Origin: Corynebacterium glutamicum ATCC 13032
GTDB taxonomy: Bacteria; Actinomycetota; Actinomycetes; Mycobacteriales; Mycobacteriaceae
Length of the DNA stretch: 32,000 bases
NCBI RefSeq assembly: GCF_000011325.1
Contig: NC_003450.3
Location: 540,001-572,000, forward strand
Direction of reading: 5' to 3'
Numbering within the stretch: the stretch's first letter is position 1; the number at the start of each line of letters is the position of its first letter. The position numbers and the translations under genes were made by a program. Below are positions 25,677 to 32,000 of the stretch, piece after piece. The notes under the pieces are model-generated. The model had not been told where the DNA came from. It ran no database searches and worked only from the letters and a program-made list of their open reading frames with translations.

Positions 25677-26771
25677 TTACTTCGTGCCGGTCATTGCGAC
25701 GGTGATTGAGCTGAAATCGAAGGTGCCTATGGTTTTGGCAGCCTGCGGAGTTGGGGTTTCCTTCTTCACACCGTTGGAGTGGATAGTTTCCGGGCGGGAT
25801 TGCAATAACAGAAGGTTTTCTCCATCTGGCAGATCAGCGTCCAGCGCCCATTCGATATCTTGTGGGCACTTGTAGTGTTTTTCTGCACGCTTAGCCATTT
25901 GTGCCACAGCGAGCATTTCCTCATCAGTCAGACTGCGGCGGTTTGCGCGTTCTTCATCAACGGGCTTTTCCACGAGGCTTCCACTGGTGGCATCGGGGAT
26001 GAGTTCAGCGTGTTTGCTTCCAATGTGTTCGGAGACAACCTGCAGCGTGATCTTGTCCAGCAAGATATTGTCTGGTGTCACTTCACCTGAGACCACCATT
26101 TCACCAACACCCCATGAGGAATCGATGGTGATCTTCGAGCGGTCGCCGTTGGAAGGATTCATAGTGATTGCCACGCCTGCGACACGAGAGTTGACCATTT
26201 TTTGAACAACTACCGCCATGGAGAGGCCCTCATTGGGGATGTTGTTTTTCAGACGGTAGATAATGGCACGGGAAGTGAACAGCGAAGCCCAGCATTTACG
26301 GATGTGTTCAGTGACAGCGCTCAAACCGACTTGCCACAGATAGGTGTCCTGTTGCCCTGCGAAGGAAGCATCGGGCAGATCTTCGGCAGTGGCCGATGAC
26401 CGGACAGCAACCGGGACGTCGCCACCGCATCGTTCCATGAGATCGCGATAAGCCTGGTGCACTGCGAAACGAGCATTCTCTGGAACGTCAAGACTGCACA
26501 GCTCATCGCGGATGATCGCAGAAACTCGATCCACTTCCTTAACATCTTCTGCATCGAGATCGTTTAGGAATTTATCGATGTGTTCAGCAACCCCTGCTTC
26601 ACGGATGAATTCATCAAAGCTGGCAGTAGTGACCACAAATCCAGGTGGAACGGGCATTCCAGCATCTGTCATGGTGACTAGTGAAGCGCCCTTGCCACCG
26701 AGTACTTCTAGAACAGGATCCAGGCCTTCATCGAAGCGCTGGACAAACGGGATGTTCAAACTGTTGGTCAT
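25677..26771 (-). CDS. creI: PEP-synthase/PPDK N-terminal ATP-grasp subunit (small subunit of an aryl-phosphate synthase)
   Basis: 364-aa ORF with LGGKGASLVTM, VAVRSSATAEDLPDASFAGQQDTYL and DIEWA, the nucleotide-binding domain of the PEP synthase / pyruvate phosphate dikinase family. Confidence 0.88.
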   Translation of the reverse strand: MTNSLNIPFVQRFDEGLDPVLEVLGGKGASLVTMTDAGMPVPPGFVVTTASFDEFIREAGVAEHIDKFLNDLDAEDVKEVDRVSAIIRDELCSLDVPENARFAVHQAYRDLMERCGGDVPVAVRSSATAEDLPDASFAGQQDTYLWQVGLSAVTEHIRKCWASLFTSRAIIYRLKNNIPNEGLSMAVVVQKMVNSRVAGVAITMNPSNGDRSKITIDSSWGVGEMVVSGEVTPDNILLDKITLQVVSEHIGSKHAELIPDATSGSLVEKPVDEERANRRSLTDEEMLAVAQMAKRAEKHYKCPQDIEWALDADLPDGENLLLLQSRPETIHSNGVKKETPTPQAAKTIGTFDFSSITVAMTGTK

Positions 26772-26795
26772 GGTGTCTCCTTATTTAATAAAGCG

Positions 26796-28088
26796 TTAAG
26801 CGTTCCAAGTCACGGGAACAGAAGTGGGGACGCGGAAGGAGAGGTTCTCCCGGAACCCGATAGCTTTGTCCGCAACCAAGTGCAGGGAAGGAACAAGCCT
26901 GGTGACTTCCTCGAGACAGATCTTGGCTTGAAGTTTGGCCAGCATGTTTCCTAGGCAATAGTGGATGCCGAAACCAAAAGACAGGTGCTCGCGCGCATTA
27001 GCGCGGCTGATATCGAATTCCTCGCCATTTTCAAAGCGAGCTTCATCGCGGTTCGCGGAACCCATGAGCAGCAGAACACCATCGCCTTCCTTAATGGCAA
27101 CGCCGCCGATCTCGGTGTCTTTTAATGCTTTTCGACGCCACCCCACGATCGAGCCGGAGTACCGCAAGACCTCATCCACTGCCGCAGGAATCAGTTTTGG
27201 ATTCTCTAGAATGGCTTGCCACTGCTCTGGATGATCGAGGAGAACTCGGAAACAATTGGAGATCAACGTGGTGGTTGTTTCGTGCCCCGCAAAAAGCAGG
27301 GAGTACAGCAAAGAAGCAATCTCATGATCGGTGATTTCTTGACCCTCTTGCTGTGCTCGCACTAGATCAGCGGTGAGGTTGTCGCCACCGTGTGCATGTG
27401 CATCAGCTACCATGCGTTGGCATTCCTGCCAGTACTCAACCAAATTGTGTGCGTGTGGGATCTGCTCTTCATCACTAAGATCGCCCCAGGTCATGGCCGC
27501 ACGGGAATCTGACCACCGCTTGTAGGTGTCCACCATGGAAATATCTGCACCGATCAGCGTCAGGATCGTGATGGTTGGAATGTCGTAGGCAAGATCTGAC
27601 ACCATATCGCCGACGTGTTGATCATTCGCCAACATTTTCTCCACACGATCAATCACCATTGCTCGGATATCTGGTTCGAGTGCTTTATAGCGGCGTGGCG
27701 TGAAGGCCTTTTGTGCGATTGCGCGGATGCGGGTGTGCTCTGGTGGAATACGAGCTGATAATCCGGAGTATGCAGTGAAGCCGCCATCGGTCATGATTTG
27801 GGTTGCCTGAGGTCCACGCTTGCGGACTGGGGCTTGTGCATTTTCAGAGGAGAATGTTTCCCAGTCATCAAAGGTGGTTTTGATGTCGTCATATTTGGTT
27901 ACCACCCAGTAGCCGATGCGCTCATCGAACATCACTGGCTCTTCCTGACGGAGTTCTTTATATGCAGGAAACGGGTTGTGCATATCGAAAGGCTGGTAGC
28001 CGTGATGGCTGGTGGACTCTGATGTGTGCCCGAATGGGCATCCACCGGTTGAGGTGGATTGTTGGGAAGTCTGGGAAGTCATTGTCAT
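26796..28088 (-). CDS. creJ: Cytochrome P450 monooxygenase
   Basis: 430-aa ORF with I-helix FAGHETTT, EVLRY (ExxR) and heme loop FGFGIHYCLG. Confidence 0.93.
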   Translation of the reverse strand: MTMTSQTSQQSTSTGGCPFGHTSESTSHHGYQPFDMHNPFPAYKELRQEEPVMFDERIGYWVVTKYDDIKTTFDDWETFSSENAQAPVRKRGPQATQIMTDGGFTAYSGLSARIPPEHTRIRAIAQKAFTPRRYKALEPDIRAMVIDRVEKMLANDQHVGDMVSDLAYDIPTITILTLIGADISMVDTYKRWSDSRAAMTWGDLSDEEQIPHAHNLVEYWQECQRMVADAHAHGGDNLTADLVRAQQEGQEITDHEIASLLYSLLFAGHETTTTLISNCFRVLLDHPEQWQAILENPKLIPAAVDEVLRYSGSIVGWRRKALKDTEIGGVAIKEGDGVLLLMGSANRDEARFENGEEFDISRANAREHLSFGFGIHYCLGNMLAKLQAKICLEEVTRLVPSLHLVADKAIGFRENLSFRVPTSVPVTWNA

Positions 28089-28219
28089 CTCCTGACACTT
28101 GTGTGTGGCCGAAGCCGATCACAGTGAAGTTTGAATCACTTTTCCTAAAGATTCGTGATGGCTATCACTTTTAGGTGTGACTCAAAGTGTCGTCAAGAAG
28201 AGATGAAGATACGAATTCA

Positions 28220-28238
28220 GATTCCACTCAGTGGAATC
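28220..28238. promoter_or_regulatory. Perfect 9-1-9 palindrome, candidate IclR-type (CreR) operator upstream of the P450 operon
   Basis: GATTCCACT-C-AGTGGAATC lies about 130 nt upstream of the P450 start and 30 nt past the regulator stop. No convincing U tract follows on the minus strand, so a terminator role is less likely. Confidence 0.35.
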
Positions 28239-28268
28239 AGTTTTAGTTTATGCAGATGGAGGGCGGGT

Positions 28269-29075
28269 TTAGGTATCGCCTTTTCGTTCTGCATTTTTGT
28301 GTGAAGCCAAAAGTGTGTCCAAAGGAATGAGCGCGGTTGCTTTTGTAATTCTCTGACTTGTCGCCTGAAGGATCGGGAGATAGCGCTCAAGATTTGCAGC
28401 CTGTGCGGTGGGAACCACCAACCCCAGTGCTGCTCCCAGTTTTCCTGTATGCCAGACCGGTACGGCGATCGATGCGCCGCCGATTCGTTGCTCGTCATGT
28501 GTGATGGCAAAGCCTTGCGAGTGAATTTGTTTCAGCTGCGCAGCCAAGACGTCGGGATTCACAATTGTCTTTGGGGTGGAGGCGTTGAGTGGCAGCTTGA
28601 GATAGGACTGTTTTACCCATGGCTCATCAAACGCAAGGAGAATCTTGCCAACCGCAGTGGAGTTCAGAGGTAGTCGACCACCGACTCGAGCCGAGCGTGG
28701 AATTTTCTTCGTGCCGTAGGCTCGGTCAATCAAAAGTGCTTCATCTTTATCGCGGACCACTAGCTGCGCAGTCTCGGAAGTAAGTGAGTAGAGCTCTTGG
28801 ATGAACGGGCGTGCAGTGTCGCGTAACTGCCGTCCTGTATTTTGGGCGAGTTCCCAGATACGTAAGCCCAATTGGTAGCGCCCATCAGATTTCTTGCTGA
28901 GTAGTCCGCCTTCGGTTAATTCAGAAACGAGACGGTGGGTGGTACTTGGTGGGAGGTCTGCCAGCTCAGCGATTTCAGTGACACCAAGTGGACGCATGGT
29001 GTGTTCAAAAGCTCCCAGTACGGCGATCACCTTGGAGGTGACTGTACGTCCAGGTTCGCGATTTCCTCCCGCCAT
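28269..29075 (-). CDS. creR: IclR-family transcriptional regulator
   Basis: 268-aa ORF with an N-terminal winged HTH (GVTEIAELADLPPSTTHRLVSEL) and a C-terminal IclR effector domain pattern. Confidence 0.88.
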   Translation of the reverse strand: MAGGNREPGRTVTSKVIAVLGAFEHTMRPLGVTEIAELADLPPSTTHRLVSELTEGGLLSKKSDGRYQLGLRIWELAQNTGRQLRDTARPFIQELYSLTSETAQLVVRDKDEALLIDRAYGTKKIPRSARVGGRLPLNSTAVGKILLAFDEPWVKQSYLKLPLNASTPKTIVNPDVLAAQLKQIHSQGFAITHDEQRIGGASIAVPVWHTGKLGAALGLVVPTAQAANLERYLPILQATSQRITKATALIPLDTLLASHKNAERKGDT

Positions 29076-29451
29076 TATTTAATGCTCCTCTAAGTTCCCC
29101 TGGCACTCCGATGAAGGGTAAAAGTTTTGAAAGGTATCAAATCGGCCAGTGTAACGACGTATTGTTCAAGCCTATCGCCAAATCTTTGATGCGACACAGA
29201 CCCAGTATTTTTATTATCCAACACTTAAGGTAACTATTGGGCGGGGTAGGGGAGGAGCTTTTCGCACCTATGATGCGTCTTACAAAAAAAGGGGTTGCCA
29301 TGCGGTTCTTGGGTAAATACTGGTAGGGTGGACAAGTCAATCGTGTCCGATTTGTAATCGGACCAGGATCTAAAGAACACATCTCCCGGTACCTTTTAGT
29401 CACTATTGTGAAAATATGTGGGTTTAAGTGCTGAGGAGGCCAGGAGGATAA

Positions 29452-30774
29452 GTGTCCGCCATTATTCAGGCATTCAAGGACGCCGATCTGCGTAAGAAGA
29501 TTTTCTTCACTATCGCAATGATCGTTCTATACCGCATCGGTGCGCAGATCCCTTCCCCGGGAGTTGACTACGCAACGATTAGTGGTCGTCTGCGTGACTT
29601 GACTCAGGATCAGTCAAGCGTTTATTCGCTGATTAACCTGTTTTCCGGTGGAGCGCTGTTGCAGCTGTCCATTTTTGCTATTGGTATCATGCCGTACATC
29701 ACGGCGTCTATTATCGTGCAGCTGCTGACTGTGGTTATTCCACACTTTGAGGAGTTGAAGAAGGAAGGCCAGTCTGGCCAGGCCAAGATGATGCAGTACA
29801 CCAGGTACTTAACGGTTGCTTTGGCGTTGCTGCAGTCTTCAGGCATTGTCGCGTTGGCGGACCGTGAGCAGCTGCTTGGCGCAGGTATTCGTGTGCTGTC
29901 GGCTGATCGCAACTTCTTCGATCTCATTGTTTTGGTCATCACCATGACTGCAGGTGCGGTGCTTGTGATGTGGATGGGTGAGCTCATCACGGAAAAGGGC
30001 GTGGGCAATGGTATGTCGTTGCTGATTTTCGCTGGTATCGCAACTCGCCTCCCAACTGATGGCATGAACATTCTGGGTAACTCCGGCGGCGTGGTTTTCG
30101 CTGTTGTTCTGGCTTCCGTTCTGATCCTGGTCATTGGTGTTGTATTCGTTGAGCAGGGCCAGCGTCGTATTCCAGTGCAGTACGCAAAGCGCATGGTGGG
30201 ACGTCGCCAGTACGGTGGTTCTTCCACTTACCTGCCATTGAAGGTCAACCAAGCTGGTGTTATCCCAGTGATCTTCGCGTCTTCGCTGATTTACATGCCA
30301 GTGCTGATTACTCAGATCGTGAACTCTGGTTCGCTGGAAGTGTCTGATAACTGGTGGCAGCGCAACATCATTGCGCACCTGCAGACGCCTTCTTCCTGGC
30401 AGTACATTGTTTTGTACTTTGCACTGACCATCTTCTTCTCTTACTTCTATGTTTCCGTTCAGTATGATCCAGCTGAGCAGGCTGAAAACATGAAGAAGTA
30501 CGGTGGATTTATCCCTGGTATTCGTCCGGGCCGCCCGACTGCTGAGTACTTGGGATTCGTCATGAACCGCCTGCTGTTTGTTGGTTCCCTGTACCTGGCT
30601 GTCATTGCTGTGCTGCCAAACATTATGCTGGATCTAGGTGTTGACGCCGGTTCGGCCGGAGCAACTCCATTCGGCGGAACCGCAATCTTGATTCTTGTAT
30701 CTGTTGCACTGACCACAGTGAAGCAGATTGAGAGCCAGCTCCTGCAAAGCAACTACGAAGGACTTCTAAAATAA
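29452..30774 (+). CDS. secY: Preprotein translocase subunit SecY
   Basis: 440-aa ORF with a GTG start preceded by AGGAGG (29443-29448). Canonical SecY sequence ([26 protein letters not shown]...). Confidence 0.97.
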   Translation: MSAIIQAFKDADLRKKIFFTIAMIVLYRIGAQIPSPGVDYATISGRLRDLTQDQSSVYSLINLFSGGALLQLSIFAIGIMPYITASIIVQLLTVVIPHFEELKKEGQSGQAKMMQYTRYLTVALALLQSSGIVALADREQLLGAGIRVLSADRNFFDLIVLVITMTAGAVLVMWMGELITEKGVGNGMSLLIFAGIATRLPTDGMNILGNSGGVVFAVVLASVLILVIGVVFVEQGQRRIPVQYAKRMVGRRQYGGSSTYLPLKVNQAGVIPVIFASSLIYMPVLITQIVNSGSLEVSDNWWQRNIIAHLQTPSSWQYIVLYFALTIFFSYFYVSVQYDPAEQAENMKKYGGFIPGIRPGRPTAEYLGFVMNRLLFVGSLYLAVIAVLPNIMLDLGVDAGSAGATPFGGTAILILVSVALTTVKQIESQLLQSNYEGLLK

Positions 30775-31319
30775 TGCGACTCGTACTCCTCGGACCTCCC
30801 GGTGCTGGTAAGGGCACCCAGGCTGCAATTCTCTCTGAGAAGCTTGGCATTCCTCACATTTCTACTGGCGATCTTTTCCGCGCCAACATTGGCGAAGGTA
30901 CCCCTCTGGGTATCGAGGCCAAGCAGTACATCGACGCTGGCAAGCTGGTTCCAACCGACGTGACTGCACGTATGGTTGCTTCCCGCCTTGCTGAGTCCGA
31001 TGCTGCAGAAGGCTTCCTTTTGGATGGTTTCCCACGCACCGTTGAGCAGGCTGACATCTTGGCTAACCTGCTTTCCGAAGCTGGCCAGACCCTCGATGGT
31101 GTTGTTAACTACCAGGTTTCTGAAGACGTCGTCGTGGAGCGCATGCTGTCCCGTGGTCGCGCTGATGACAACGAAGAGACCATCCGCACCCGTCTCGGTG
31201 TCTACCGCGACGAGACTGCTCCTCTGATCGATCACTACGGTGACAAGATCATCAACATTGAGGCTGAAGGCGAAGTCGAAGAGATCAACGCTCGTACCCT
31301 CAAGGCACTGGGCAAATAA
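30774..31319 (+). CDS. adk: Adenylate kinase
   Basis: 181-aa ORF with P-loop [11 protein letters not shown] and the short LID variant. Its start overlaps the secY stop (TAATG). Confidence 0.97.
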   Translation: MRLVLLGPPGAGKGTQAAILSEKLGIPHISTGDLFRANIGEGTPLGIEAKQYIDAGKLVPTDVTARMVASRLAESDAAEGFLLDGFPRTVEQADILANLLSEAGQTLDGVVNYQVSEDVVVERMLSRGRADDNEETIRTRLGVYRDETAPLIDHYGDKIINIEAEGEVEEINARTLKALGK

Positions 31320-31392
31320 GATTTCTTCTCTAGTGCTGCTGAATCTACGATGATAGGTAGATAGCAAGCAGTGACGTGGAAGTACTCACCTC

Positions 31393-31442
31393 AAGGTGGC
31401 CGGAACCGCATGCATTGTGCGGTGCCGGCCACCTTTGGTTTT
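31393..31442 (+). terminator. Long hairpin / terminator between adk and map
   Basis: aaggtggccgg...ccggccacctt outer stem with an inner accgca/tgcggt stem (31393-31435), followed by tggtttt. Confidence 0.7.
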
Positions 31443-31475
31443 AACAGTTTAATTTGAAGAAAGAGACGTGGAAGC

Positions 31476-32000
31476 ATGGGTTTCCGTTCCAAGAAGAAGG
31501 TTATTGCGGCAAAGACCGCCGCTGAGCTGGACGCGATGCAGGCGGCGGGTGAGATCGTCGGCAAGGCTTTGCAGGCTGTGCGCGCTGAGGCTAAAGCTGG
31601 CATGAGCACGTGGGATCTGGATCAGATCGCGGAGCAGGTTATCCGCGATGCTGGCGCCGTTCCTACATTCCTGGGTTACCAGGGTTTTCCGGCATCAGTG
31701 TGCGCTTCGGTCAATGAGGTGATTGTTCACGGCATTCCATCCAAGGAGACCATCTTGGAGGAAGGCGATCTGGTGTCCATCGACTGCGGCGCAACCTTTG
31801 ATGGTTGGGTCGGCGATTCCGCGTGGAGCTTCGGCATCGGCGAGCTGGACGAGGACGTCCAGGGTCTCAACTTGGCTACCGAGTGGGTCCTCATGGAAGG
31901 CATGAAGGCCATGGTTCCAGGCAACCGTTTGACCGATGTCTCCCACGCTCTCGAGGTCGCAACCCGCAAGGCTGAGTCCAAGTTCGGCGTCGCGCTCGGC
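31476..32000 (+). CDS. map: Methionine aminopeptidase type I, 5' part (continues past the window)
   Basis: ATG 31476 opens a frame that runs to the window end: MGFRSKKKVIAAKTAAELDAMQAAGEIVGKAL...VCASVNEVIVHGIPS...GDLVSIDCGATFDGWVGDSAW. These are typical MetAP-I metal-site motifs. It is absent from the ORF track because no stop falls in the window. Confidence 0.93.
   Translation, partial: MGFRSKKKVIAAKTAAELDAMQAAGEIVGKALQAVRAEAKAGMSTWDLDQIAEQVIRDAGAVPTFLGYQGFPASVCASVNEVIVHGIPSKETILEEGDLVSIDCGATFDGWVGDSAWSFGIGELDEDVQGLNLATEWVLMEGMKAMVPGNRLTDVSHALEVATRKAESKFGVALG

Noticed and set aside
23729-26771. I considered reading the two PEP-synthase-like genes as a genuine gluconeogenic PEP synthase (pps) or pyruvate phosphate dikinase.
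   Set aside because: No PEP/pyruvate-binding C-terminal domain is evident. The enzyme is split into two genes and embedded in a P450/phosphohydrolase operon.
10726-27137. The 12-mer TGCTTTTCGACG occurs three times on the plus strand, at 10726-10737, 25649-25660 and 27126-27137.
   Set aside because: Two copies are simply the same RRKA peptide with the same codons, in the T component and in the P450. The third lies in the creI-creH spacer within a small cttttcg-a-cgaaaag palindrome whose loop is too small to fold as written. A rough estimate says chance 12-mer pairs are expected in 32 kb and a triple is not extraordinary. I see no surrounding repeat structure.
29137-29403. An 88-aa minus-strand ORF lies in the creR-secY intergenic region.
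   Set aside because: It has no SD, an odd composition and AT-rich codons unlike neighbouring genes. The region is better explained as divergent promoter and 5'-UTR DNA, including a 7-bp hairpin at 29345-29363.
1002-29451. I considered whether the two islands are recent mobile elements, such as a prophage, ICE or transposon.
   Set aside because: I found no integrase, transposase, tRNA target, inverted terminal repeats or flanking direct repeats at any of the four borders. The genes are metabolic and mostly resemble the host in codon style.
1-32000. I looked for CRISPR arrays, tRNA or rRNA genes, and tandem repeats.
   Set aside because: I found no regularly spaced direct repeats, no cloverleaf-like segments in the intergenic regions, and no rRNA-like sequence on either strand.

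Overview
The gene order and protein sequences look like Corynebacterium glutamicum or a very close relative. The window is an spc-type ribosomal-protein locus cut into three conserved blocks by two accessory islands. No database search was possible.

- **Block 1 (1-1001):** rplN (3' end), rplX, rplE, then a strong terminator.
- **Island 1 (about 1.0-15.3 kb):**
  - a secreted SGNH/GDSL hydrolase and an aldo/keto reductase;
  - a minus-strand formate dehydrogenase unit: fdhF, a small unknown protein, fdhD, and a translationally coupled 164-aa unknown;
  - two convergent units, each behind its own cobalamin-riboswitch-like leader. One is a plus-strand orphan secreted DUF4430-like protein. The other is a minus-strand five-gene operon. 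It encodes two surface-anchored proteins (one alpha-barrel/prenyltransferase-like, one DUF4430/transcobalamin-beta-like), then an ECF-type T component, a fused double ATPase and a putative S component;
  - a GNAT acetyltransferase.
- **Block 2 (15331-18011):** rpsH, rplF, rplR, rpsE, rpmD, rplO. There is no S14 gene between rplE and rpsH.
- **Island 2 (about 18.0-29.4 kb):** a decayed methylmalonate-semialdehyde dehydrogenase remnant and a small membrane protein. They are followed by an eight-gene minus-strand operon plus an IclR regulator. From memory, this matches the published cre cluster for phosphorylation-initiated, P450-dependent 4-cresol catabolism.
- **Block 3 (29452-32000):** secY, adk, map (5' part).

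The best candidate for an uncharacterised system is the riboswitch-gated ECF importer. It is headed by what reads like a transcobalamin split into two membrane-tethered polypeptides, and a riboswitch-controlled orphan paralog lies on the opposite strand. I found no tRNA or rRNA genes, CRISPR arrays, transposases or integrases.
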